From the NCBI RefSeq assembly GCF_001186125.1, contig NW_014039971.1:6605-57955 (forward strand): a stretch of 51,351 nucleotides of DNA, read 5' to 3'. The stretch comes from Sphaeroforma arctica JP610 (Eukaryota). Position 1 is the first letter of the stretch. The number at the start of each line of letters is the position of its first letter. The notes below the pieces were generated by a model. That model did not search any database and was not told where the DNA came from. It was given only the letters and a program-made list of their open reading frames with translations. The translations under genes were made by a program, and so were the position numbers. Positions 1 to 13,100 of this stretch are shown piece after piece.

Positions 1-1169
1 ATCTATATACTCGTGCATTTCTACATATGTCTTACATATATATCATCAATGCATATATGCATATATATATATATATATATATATATCATATTTATTTAGT
101 ACTGCTTGTGGCTATTAAATAAAATTATGCTTTTGAATACTGGTTTCCAATCGAGTCGATGCAATTATTCTCATTGTACTTAACATCAAGTTAAGAAGAC
201 TGAAATTGAGTTTAACGAGAGTGTTTTCATATCCAATATATCAATTCCTAAAGGTGTTATTGCACCATTCCACAAGCGATTGAAATTAGAATAAGGTCGG
301 TGGGTGCCGGTGCCAATATTTCCTTCTGTCTCGAGGGACACCATATCTCTACATGTAGCGGAAAGGTCAAACTTCAAATATATAGAAGCGCGGTCATGAT
401 TCAACAATATGACAAGATATCTATTATTAACTATGATACTGGAATTGATATACACCGATTGGCGCACTATACACAATAATTCATTTGGGTCCACTTGTTA
501 AGTTGCTGATAGGCTCAGAATAATCACCACCAGTATGTAAATAGGACATAGATAATGAGCATAAGACGTCGATCACGGCATCGTCTGCGAGAGCATGCTT
601 TTAACCAGTTTTCAGTGTCGTGCGCGCAACGTGCGAATGTAAATAGACAATCATGTGACTTGTCGTGCATACTATTTATAGAGCTTCAAAAGCCGGTAGT
701 TTTGATAGGGCTCAATGTCCAATCAATACACAGTGTGTTTCAAGGCGGGTGAATTTGATAACGAATGATGTGGGCGCTGCAATTTTTTTTTGATGCAGTG
801 ACGTATGTACAATTAATATATGTACATCATATATTTTTATATCACATATGTATGAACCTATACTAAATATATGGCCATAAGCTCTCTTGTGTGAGTTGTG
901 ACTATTAAAATACACTATTATTATAAATAATATATTCCAGCAGATTGTAGCCTGCTAAGTTTCCTATACATATGCACACACAACGTTTAAGGCTAGAATA
1001 TATGTACAAGTGAATGCGTATCGATGCCGAGAAATAAATACGGCAGCGAAATATTAAAATCGCAACATTGTCCCATCTCAATTGTGTTGCTGGCATAGGG
1101 CAGCACCTGTCAGCTTCGGAATCCGATCCAGCACACATACATACTTGGATACTCTAAATATCTTTCACT

Positions 1170-4100
1170 ATGAATCGCTCCGGTCTCAAGACTGTGAGTG
1201 ATAGTCAGGCCAATTCGATGAACGGCAGAATGTCCATGGGCGTGCAACGGGGTCCACGCAAACCAGATGCAGCATCAAGGTGGGTTTTTGGGCTTGCCTT
1301 TCCTATATGTACACGTACCAAATTGTGAATAGTAGCACATTCTTAGTTTGTATGAATGCATGAAAGAGGATCAGTGTGGACATATAACGCGTCATGTCCA
1401 GACACTGAATTTCTTTTGGTAAGTATGGCAAATGTGGCAAGAGGATAAGTTAATTTGAATGCGGCATACATGAAGCGTACAGGTGCTATAAAAAATGACT
1501 AAGCCGTATATAATATTTAATATGCACCACATATATTTACACCTATTGATGTACGCATATATATATATATATATATAATATGTTTCGTATNNNNNNNNNN
1601 NNNNNNNNNNNNNNNNNNNNNNNNNNNNNNNNNNNNNNNNNNNNNNNNNNNNNNNNNNNNNNNNNNNNNNNNNNNNNNNNNNNNNNNNNNNNNNNNNNNN
1701 NNNNNNNNNNNNNNNNNNNNNNNNNNNNNNNNNNNNNNNNNNNNNNNNNNNNNNNNNNNNNNNNNNNNNNNNNNNNNNNNNNNNNNNNNNNNNNNNNNNN
1801 NNNNNNNNNNNNNNNNNNNNNNNNNNNNNNNNNNNNNNNNNNNNNNNNNNNNNNNNNNNNNNNNNNNNNNNNNNNNNNNNNNNNNNNNNNNNNNNNNNNN
1901 NNNNNNNNNNNNNNNNNNNNNNNNNNNNNNNNNNNNNNNNNNNNNNNNNNNNNNNNNNNNNNNNNNNNNNNNNNNNNNNNNNNNNNNNNNNNNNNNNNNN
2001 NNNNNNNNNNNNNNNNNNNNNNNNNNNNNNNNNNNNNNNNNNNNNNNNNNNNNNNNNNNNNNNNNNNNNNNNNNNNNNNNNNNNNNNNNNNNNNNNNNNN
2101 NNNNNNNNNNNNNNNNNNNNNNNNNNNNNNNNNNNNNNNNNNNNNNNNNNNNNNNNNNNNNNNNNNNNNNNNNNNNNNNNNNNNNNNNNNNNNNNNNNNN
2201 NNNNNNNNNNNNNNNNNNNNNNNNNNNNNNNNNNNNNNNNNNNNNNNNNNNNNNNNNNNNNNNNNNNNNNNNNNNNNNNNNNNNNNNNNNNNNNNNNNNN
2301 NNNNNNNNNNNNNNNNNNNNNNNNNNNNNNNNNNNNNNNNNNNNNNNNNNNNNNNNNNNNNNNNNNNNNNNNNNNNNNNNNNNNNNNNNNNNNNNNNNNN
2401 NNNNNNNNNNNNNNNNNNNNNNNNNNNNNNNNNNNNNNNNNNNNNNNNNNNNNNNNNNNNNNNNNNNNNNNNNNNNNNNNNNNNNNNNNNNNNNNNNNNN
2501 NNNNNNNNNNNNNNNNNNNNNNNNNNNNNNNNNNNNNATGTATTACCCATGTGACTGTTATCCTAATTTCATCGATTCGCAGTTCATTGCTTTTATCTCA
2601 CCATTCTCGTACGTATCAGGTTATCTCCTGTAGTACAATTGTCTGACAAGACTTCAACCATGTCGCTTCTTATTTTATCTACTTCCCTGACCCACATCAG
2701 CAGGCGCAGCATGATACCCGTTGCACCCAGTCGAGGCCTGGCCTATTCCAACAGCAACGCATCGCAAGAGTCATACCGTGACAGTGGTAGTTCGCATGCG
2801 GGATATGCGCGACAGTCCATGGCGACGGGTAGAAGGAGATCAGCCACACGGGGAGAGATACAACCTCCAAAGAAGGATCGCCGCAGTACTGGCTTTGGAC
2901 ACCATCAATCGTCCATGGCTATGTCAAGGTGGGCTGTTGTATAGTTAGTTTGCCCATCTGTGTAGCTGTGGGCTGTTTAGTTTAGTACTTGTATAGGTAT
3001 TGTACGTCGCTTCAACAACAGCCAGACGTATGTTGACAATATATTCATGTCTACATACATATGCACGTATGCATTGATGTACAAGCACGTTTGGCTGTAG
3101 GCCGTGAGAGAACAAGCCAAAACTGTCCAGAAAAGTGTGTCACACTCACTTGGCGGTGTTTATAATGGTCACCAACTATTCCGTGTATATAGTCTATCTC
3201 CGTATCGAAACTTGTGCATTTAAGCTTGCTTGGATTGCTTGTACTTATCCATAGTGGATGACGGGCACTATGTTTAAAGTATGATTCGTGCATGATATTT
3301 GCTCCCGCTATTGCAGGCGATCCAGCATCTATGGCGAGCGCTCGGCCAACAAAGACACCCGACCCCTCAGCGATAAAGAATACCGCAAACAATGCTGTGC
3401 ACACATGTTCCGCTATCTCACAACCAACGGTACGCTTTTAGTCCAGTCCTACCAAGATATAACTCCTGAGTTGTAACGTTTAGTGGGGTCATTTTACTTG
3501 TACGTGTGATGGTGTTGATTGTCTGTGCCCGTTGAGGTGCAATGTGTGGCGTTGGATTGTTTTCTGATGTACGGCAGCTCGGGCGTGGCGTCTGATATGT
3601 GATGGTTATATGTGATTGGTAACTTGAACTCATTTGCAAATGTGTGGTATCTGATATGTGATGGTTATATGTGATTAGTAACTTGAACTCATTTGCAAAA
3701 TGTGTGGTATCTGATATGTGATGGTTGTATGTGATTGGTAACTTGAACTCATTTGAAAATGTGTGGCGTCTCATATGTGATGGTTATATGTGATTGGTAA
3801 CTTGAACTCATTTGCAAATGTGTGGTATCTGATATGTGATGGTTATATGTGATTGATAACTTAAACTCATTTGCACATGTGTGATGTCTGATATGTGATG
3901 GTTGGAACTGATATGTTATGGTTGTATGTGATTGGTATCTTGATCTCAATTGAAAATGTATGGTGTCTGATATGTTATGGTTATATGTGATTGGTAACTT
4001 GAACTCATTTACAAATATGTGGCGTCTGATATGCTATGGTTATATTTGATTGATAACTTGAACTCATTTGCAAATTTGTGGTGTCTGATATGTGATGGTT

Positions 4101-7100
4101 GTATGTGATTGGTGACTTGATCTCATTTGCAAATTTATGGTGTATGATATGTTATGGTTATATGTGATTGGTAGCTTGATCTCATTTGCAAATGTGTGGT
4201 GTCTGATATGTTATAGTTGTATGTGATTGGTAACTTGATCTCATTTGCAAATGTGTAGCGTCTGATATGCTATGGTTATATGTGATTGGTAACTTGATCT
4301 CATTTGCAAATGTGTGGTGTCTGATTTGCTATGTTTATATGTGATTGGTAACTTGATCTCATTTGCAAATGTGTGGTGTCTGATATGTGATAGTTATGTG
4401 ATTGGTAGCTTGAACTCATTTGCAAATGTGTAGTGTCTGATATGTGATGGTTGTATGTGATTGGTAACTTGATCATTTGCAAATGTGTAGTGTCTGGTAT
4501 GTGATGGTTGTATGTGATTGGTAACTTGATCTCATTTGCAAATGTATGGTGTATGATATGTTATAGTTATATGTGATAGGTAACTTGATCTCATTCGCAA
4601 ATGTATGGTGTATGATATGTTATAGTAATATGTGATAGGTAACTTAATCTCATTTGCAAATGTATGGTGTCTGATATGGTATGTATATATGTGATTGGTA
4701 GCTTGAACTCATTTGCAAATGTGTAGTGTCTGATATGTGATGGTTATATTTGATTGGTAACTTGTTCTCATTTCCAAATGTGGCTACTCGTTTAGAGATC
4801 AGGCAGAGCACAGGTTTGGTGTGCCGACGCGTTCGTGTTTATTGATCGCTATGATCGTTCTCTTGTACTAGTTTGTGCTTAGGCATTGTTGTTTGTTGGC
4901 AGATACAGCACAATTCTGTATTCAACTCTCTGTTTTGTCCATGCACGTCAACTACTATTACACTTATAAGCATGTCTCACCATGTGCTGTGGCATTCGCT
5001 CCACTAGTTGCGTGTATGATACACTTGTCTGTGCACCCTCAGTCTTTCCCGCTTGCGCTATCGGCATATGACATAGTAGCCATCCTATTGAGATATGCTC
5101 TATAACTTGGAAACTCACTTTGTGCGTGCTCGGTACATCATCTTCTCCCACGCCCAGGTTACAGTCATCCCATTTCCATCAAACTGTTAACCCAGCCTAT
5201 GATGAAAGATTTTTTGCGGATATTCCAGTTCCTGTATACACAGCTAGACAACGGGTACAAGGTGTGTGCAACCACCCTCTTGGCAAGCAGCTGTTGGCAG
5301 GTCTTCTGGGATACCCCTTCAGGGTCTCATCACTGAGTCACATCGTGCCGTGTTTGTGTGTGTGGGTGTATGGATATGTGAGTGTGCGTGTGTGTATACT
5401 GGTTGGGTGTGTGGGTGTATGGATACGTGAGTTTGTGGGTGTATGGATATGTGAGTGTGTGTGTGTATATACTGTTTGAGTGTGTAGATGTATGGATATG
5501 TGAGTGTGCGTGTGTGTATTCTGGATGGGTGGGTGGGTGGATATGTGAGTGTGCGTGTGTGTATACTGTTCGAGTTTGTGCGTGTATGGATATGGATATG
5601 TGAGTGTGTGCGTGTGTGTATACTCTGTGTGAGTGTGTGCGTGTGCGTGTAATCATATCTACGGGGGTGGCCTTTCTTTCAACCATCATCTGCGAGTGTT
5701 TATGTGCAGGGCAGATGTCCATCAATTCACACTAGAAGTATCCGACTGAATGAAAACCGACCACTCCTTTCGGTTTTCGGAGATTCTCCTATTAGCTGTT
5801 AACGCTCACACCTCACATCCCTGTACAGTTCCCGGAGAATAACACAGAACGGACCATCCCAGAAGTCATCATCCTCATGAAGGGCGTGAGGTAGGTATAG
5901 TGCTTGACTAAAACGGTGTACGATAACGATTCTGATTGGCTAGCGTATTTACTATTGCTATTTTTGGACACGACATAATATGGCGGTATATCGATAGGGA
6001 TGTATAACCAGCCGCTTTCAGTCGCATAGTTAGCCTTCGGGTACAGTTGGTATGAGGAATCGCCTGTTTGTAATGTGTCTGATTCTATTGAAGGTGATAA
6101 TTAGGCGGACCATCTTAAACATTCACATCTACCCACCCAGTATTGCACTAAGCAGATAGGCCAAGCTTTGCTCGCCAAACTATACGCAAGAGCGTATCGT
6201 AGGCGATGTTTAAGCACATTTTTTGGATGACAATGTATCTATGTAATGGGCACACATATGCATATGCATGTGTATACGGATACTAACGCGTGTATCTTCA
6301 ATTGTACACGTGTGTATTCATTTCACATGTGTGTTTTACAGATATCCCTTCGTACTGAAGCAGTCGTCGTTGCTGGCCTTTACTCCCATGGAGTGGCCGT
6401 CCCTTCTGGGCGCTCTGCATTGGCTGGTTGAGCTGTGCCAGGTGTGCTGTTCCTCGATATGTGGATGTATATAAATAGATAACCGCCCACTAATGTATCT
6501 CGATATGTGGATGTATATAAATAGATAACCGTTCATTAATGTATCTCGATATGTGGATGTATATAAATAGATAACCGCCCATTAATGTATCTCGATATGT
6601 GGGTGTATATAAATAGATAGCCACCCATTAATGTATCTCAATATGTGTATGTATATAAATAGATAACCGCCCATTAATGTATCTCGATATGTGGATGTAT
6701 ATAAATAGATAACCGCCCATTAATGTATCAAGACGTGTATACCTAAACACGTGTGATACACGTGGATGGCTTACTTTTCTCTCCCTCCACACTTTCACCT
6801 AATTATCCAGTACTCTGCCTGTCACCCCGTCATGATACCTTTCTGTGCACTTGTTCGGACCGCATTGTCTGCCCGTTTAATAAGAATCGTGTAGTTATTC
6901 CGGTTGTATCCGTCTGTATGTCTAACAAATATCTGCGGCTGAAACCTGGTTTCCTGTTTCTATATTTATTTGTTTTCCTTTCTATTGTCCACCCGCAGTG
7001 CACACACAGCCCCTCTAGTCAGGACTGCTGCAGGCACTCGTGGTGTGAGTGTGATACCGCTTATACCGCGTGTCATGACCATGTGCACTGAGTCTGAATT

Positions 7101-10100
7101 TATAGTTCGTGTGTAAACCGTCTCCTTTACCACTTGACATGCCTCTGGTAGTTCTGTATAGTATTGGGAGTGTGTTACATGGTACATATACAGCCACCTT
7201 ATATCGCACCATGCCGCACTGCATCGGCTTGTCTCTGCTGACAGATCAGATCTTCTGTGTGTCCACTGGAATCACTCACAACTGCGGCGCGCTCTTTTTT
7301 TTTCATCGTACCTCACTTCAAAGTTACTTCAAACTATCCACATCTTGTTGTCCTGCTTTTAACCCTTTCTAATCATGGGGGTGTTTCGCACTAGCACTAG
7401 AATGACAGGCCTGGGGAGTGGCTTGGGCACGGCATCTTGCCCGTTTGCTGACGTTTCTTTTTGTCCCACCATCACCTTGGCAGTATAATGAAGGCATTGG
7501 CCCTGCCCCATATTTCTACTCGGTGTCGGAGTTTGACGAAGGTGTGCCGAGAGACGCCCAAGCCCAGCATGTATTTGAATATGTGTCTAAGGTAGGCGTG
7601 TGCCATTCGTCCCGTCTCATACTATTTCAAGTCGTGTGTATAGAAACGTTGTTTTATATCAAGGGAGTGTAACAGCGTGTATGTAGTATATATTTGTATG
7701 AGGTTTGTGGGAGATGTATGTTCGAGTACGTGGGTATCAAAGTCAACTGGTATTATATACTCTCATATAGTCCTTCGTTTGTATCCTATTGGGAATATAT
7801 ACTTACATAATTTTTGTTTAGTCCTGCAGGAAACAAATACTTGTATATCACTCTGTTTGTATCTTACTGGAAATATATACTTATATAATTCTTTGAATGT
7901 ATCTTACTGGTATTACATAGTCATATTAACCTTTGTTTGTATCTTACTGGTATTATATAGTCATATAAACCTGTGTTTGTATCCTACTGGTAATATATGT
8001 TATATAGTGGTTTGTGTGCATACTACTGGTATTATATAGTCATATAAACCTTTGTTTGTATCCTACTGGTAATATATATTATATAGTGGTTTGTGTGTAT
8101 ACTACTGGTATTATATAGTCATATAAACCTTTGTTTGTATCCTACTGGTAATATATATTATATAGTGGTTTGTGTGCATACTACTGGTATTATATAGTCA
8201 TATAAACCTTTGTTTGTATCCTACTGGTAATAAATACTTATATAGTTGTTTGTCTGCATACTTCTGGTATTTTATACCTTTGTTGACCTTTGTTTATATC
8301 CTGCTAAAGTATGTACTTGTATAGTTATTTGTCTGCATACTACTGGTATTTTATACCGTTATCGACCTTTGCTTCTATCCTACTAAAGCATGTGTACTTA
8401 TATAGTTATTTGTCTGCATACTACTGGTATTTTATATCGTTGTCGACCTTTGCTTCTATCCTACTAAAGTATGTACTTGCATAGTTACTTGTCTGCGTAC
8501 TACTGGTATATTATACTTGTATCGACTTTCGCTTATATCCTACTGGTACTATAGGCCTATGCCAGTTTCATGCTAGGCACAGGAGACGATGACGACGACG
8601 ACGGCACCGATCTCACGCTGTTCTCACGACGAAAGGACTCTCTCCTTGAACGGAAGCAACAGATTGATCAGAGCATCGACCGGCTGAAGAATGAATCTGT
8701 CAGGTGAATAGCTGATACTACTCACTTGTTATCCGTGTCATGCGTATGTATGATCCTCACATATGTGTAGGACAATGGCTGTGCGGATACCATCGGAGAC
8801 AAGTAGTACTATCTGGTCAGATGTGTCTGTTGCGTCGATTTCTCGCAGTAGTGTTGAGTGCATGACAGGTTCGACCGTTGATTTGGGTTGTGTGACGGGG
8901 GGAGTGATGTCTCATAGTTGGCCCACTGAGGTGTTTGCTGGTGGTTTGTTTCTCATCCGCTCCAATCTGCGGTAACTCACTTCGTGTTCTATAAACAGAT
9001 TCTCGCAGAACGTGTTCATTGGTTTCTCTCATACGCAAAGGCACCTGTCCCGCTTTTCTTGAGGCAGGTGGGCATGGACACCCCCGGACTTCTCCCCACA
9101 CCCTCTCATACCTCACACGCACACCTTGACTACACATGAGGACAAATGCCGAGGTGATTAGTTGGCAGGTTGCTTAGTATTGACACATTGATTATACACG
9201 AGTACAAATGCCGAGGTGACTAGTAGGCTATTTGCTTAATATTATGCCTCACACACACACATTGATTAAACATGAGTACAAATGCCGAGGTGACTAGTAG
9301 GTTGATATTGTGCATTTGCGTCGTGCCCATGGCCGCTGCAGGTACACGCAGGGCCCCACTCCGCTGCAAGAGGCGACGCAGATGAAAGCCGATTGCGAAT
9401 CTGACATGCGGAAGTTTGTGCGCGTGATACAAGGTAAGGCGCTGGATCATACGTATCAGTACACTACTCAACTGCGATGCACCATGTACATGGACAGTGT
9501 ACTACGATGTACCAAGCACATGGACCGGATTGGTACTTTAGATATCCGTGGCATGGACTGTGTCTCTATTGTGGGTATTGCGGAATTGCAGCTTGCACCG
9601 GCCACATGCGCGCTCCGTTCGTGATATCAGTATGGAGGACCATGGCTGTGTTGTGTGTTGTGTCTTGGGGAGCTGCAAAAGTTCTCTCACCCCAATGCAC
9701 GATTGGGATGCGATCGTCTACGTCTCCTGTGGGCTGACGTATCGCGTGCGTGCCGTTTACAATAAACTTCGCCTGAAGCGTCATTCAGTGGTCTCTATCT
9801 TCGATTGTCTCGAATATACAGACAAGCAAGTACTGTGCAAGCTCACTCTATCCGAGGGTGAGAGTCAGTGTACAAAATACTGTTGAGCTTGTACAATGCC
9901 TTATCTCATAGTGTGTGTTGGAGATACGGCCGTGTGCCGAGAGTCCTCAAGCTGCTTTGCCTGTTTCCCCGCCGGCACACCTTTAGTTATCGTACGCCTT
10001 ACCATTGTTCGTCATCCGTCACCCCTAAGTGTCTCTGGCACAGTGGCCTTGCGGGTATTCTATGTGCCACCACCTCAGAAATAGACTCTGCAGTTCAAGC

Positions 10101-13100
10101 CGACACTAACACACACCGTGTAAGCAGACCAACTACGTTTATCAACTCCCCCTGCACTCAGACTACGAACGAAAGCTGATGTCCAGGCAGAAGAAGTTGG
10201 CTGAGAAAACAGCCCTGGTGGAGCAAGCACGCAAAGAGGCCGCGCAACTGCAAGCGGAGTCATCGCATCTGAACAACGTGCTGGCCAACCAGGAACTGTC
10301 GCCAACGGATGTGCTCCGCATTAATATGGATAGGGCTCATGTAAGTGTTGGGTTTCTACTTGGGTTGTGTATATATATTTGGATTCTATTCGGGTCGTTC
10401 ATGTATGTTTTGGATTATACTCGGGTTGTGTATGTAGTTTATGGTTCGTATTCAGGTTGAGTGTGTAAGTGTCGTAGATAGCCAGGGTGTGTGTGTGTTT
10501 CGTGGTTTTGCGAGCTGCAAGGGTGTATGCAAGGGATTTGCAGCCCGTCGGCCCGCATACACTAAACGTGTTGTAGACATATATATCTAAGATACAAGGA
10601 GGATAATCCAGGCTCTCAAATAGCATGGGAACAAGCACATCTCGCACGACTCCATGTGGGACGTATGTCTGGGTTTATACACAGTCTCTCGGGGCGCCTG
10701 ATGGCACAAAGACTCGCATGCTTGTTTTTTGTTTTTGTCGTCATATGTCTGATTTTGGCCATGGTATCGTATCGTGTTCGACTATACTTCATAATACCTC
10801 GTTGTCTATACAGACTCTGACTGTGCAGTGCATGTGTGTTTGCAGCGTGTCCGTGTTGGGTTTGTTGGGTTTGTACGATCGCGTACGGCCCTTTGTTGGA
10901 CACCCAAATCACCAACAAACAACTGCACTGTGGTCGCAGGTCTATCCCATTCTCAGACATTAGTCCGTTAGACACTTCTGTTATTATCGACCATTTCGTA
11001 AACTCGCTCACGAACGTTGCTTCGCCCGTATATTTTAAGTGCCTGAATATTGCCGTGAAGATATTTGGGGGCATAATCTATACCCGCGCTCATAAGTTCG
11101 CACAAACACACATACATTCTAGGCCACATGCGTATGTGTGTACCCCGAGTACTTTAGTTCAACGAGAGGAAAAGATTCTGGCACGCGTGTTGATAGTTAA
11201 CTTATGGGCAAACATTCAACCATTGTACACTTCAGCTGAAGAAGAGCTTGGAAGATGCGCAGAAGCAGAAGGAAGACTCCGACATGAAGCTATTCGAGCG
11301 AGAGAAGGAGATCACACTGGCCACTCAAGAGGTAATGTCTCCGAGTGCAAATGCTTAGGGAGTTCTATCCGGTTATACAAGTGAATGGTACTCTTGGATA
11401 CACCCTTTTCCCGTAGCGAATAACCCTACGTCTGAGACTGTGAAGTTTGCCCCTGCCGTGTCTAAAAATAGAGACCAATAGCAAGTACTCACCACATCAA
11501 CACATCGCAACCTCTCTTTCTCTCTCTCTCTCTCGGCAGATCCACCGCAAGATTTATGCGTATCACGAGTTAGCTGGTAGCATCGGCGTTGTGCCCTCTT
11601 CAGCCAAGGTATGTGTATGTGACTGACCCACATATCTATTTCCGGGTGTCAGTATCGGTGAAGTAATATCCAACCGGTATTCTTTCTTCCTTCTAAGTCC
11701 TTTGCTTTTGCCTTCAAAGTGATGCCTGCGACGTACGATGCGCGTCGTAGGCATGCATCCATAGGGGCTGTCATCATAACATCAGCCTTTGGTGACCTTC
11801 CATCACCTATTGAGCTACCTCTCCAAGACATCCAATATGCATGTGCATTATACAGAGTGGTGATAGACAGAGTGTGTATTGCGCCAACCGGTTGTTGACA
11901 CCACTGCATTTGATATTGGGCTGAATCTCTGTTGAAGGAGTCTGCAGATTCGCTACAACAGCCCAGATACCGTCTGCGCCACTATGACGTAGCCTATGGC
12001 AATCGCCACTGCATGCGATCCCCCCAATGCTGCCTACTTGAGTGGTTGTAATGGTTCACCCTTAAGATGAAGCTCAATGAGTCTGAGTATTAAACATTTT
12101 CGCGAATGTTTTTTTTAAATAGAACGCGGCGGGGATGCGATACGAGCTGGAGTACAAGTCCTCAGAACCAGAACCCGAGCGCAACCTCTTAGGCTATCTC
12201 AAGGACACCATCACGCCAGCGCTGCAGAAGCTCAAGCTATCGCACAGCGCCAACATCAGAGAAGTGCAGAACTCTCTGCTGGAAGCACAGGAGGAGCACG
12301 AGCAGGTGTGTTGGCAGGCGTGCATGAGTGTGTGAATTTGTGGGTGTATGGGTGTGTGAATGTGTGAGTGTACGAGTACATGCCCTTGTAAGGCGGATGC
12401 TACCTACATGCGCACAGCACTTACTGCTATAGACTGTGCTTCCCGTTTGAAAATGGGTGGATTGCTTCGCAATCGAGAACTGGCCCTGTCCGAATCATTT
12501 GAGACTAGCTGCATTGCCTGTCAACTGCGAGTCAAGAGCCGTGCGGGTTTTTTTTGTCCTGCTAACAGGCACGGTATTCTTTCTAATTTCGAGCTGACCC
12601 ATTTCCGTGACTAATTTCAGGTGAACGAAGATCTGACCGAAAGCAACAACCGGCTTAACGACCTCAGGAACAAACTGCACCGACTGGAAGCGCAATACCG
12701 CGACAAGAAAGACGTAAGTCCTGACATGCTGGCTCGGTATACAAGCCCCTATTGTATTATACATGGAAACCTGGTTCAGTTTTGGTCAATCAGTATCGTT
12801 CCTGCAAAGTCGAATTCACGGCATGCATAAGACGTGGCCTTACGTATTGTTTCTAAACTTCTGGCGAACAACCTTTATATATACTCAAGACCCGTGTGCG
12901 GTTGCTGAAGTCCAGGTGTGCGTGACAGCTGCTACATGTGTACCAGTACACATATGATCCATCAGCAAGAGAACGGCAGTGTTCCGCACTTTGCGAGAGC
13001 CAGTCTGAAATACTCGTGCGGTTTGATCTTGGTTTACGTACTGGGCGTGTATTTACGTAAAGAGTGCCAGCAAACATATGATCCATCAGCAAGAGAACGG

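Noticed and set aside
186..620. Minus-strand 102-aa ORF and a short open stretch upstream of NDC80, as a possible divergent gene
   Set aside because: No ATG start, no recognisable homology and no convincing splice structure; a BLASTX search would settle it.
685..759. CHR-like TTCAAA and CDE/CHR-like GGCGGGTGAATTTGAT upstream of a mitotic gene
   Set aside because: Short, imperfect motifs expected by chance, and the TSS is unknown.
1543..2554. Poly-X ORFs (also 21071-21760)
   Set aside because: They are assembly gaps.
10836..11074. Protein-looking intronic ORFs (IFRHLKYTGEATFVSEFTKWSI; similar stretches at 43921-44103, 44888-45193 and 46496-46620)
   Set aside because: No family recognised, not needed for either gene model, and no evidence for a nested gene or TE without a database search.
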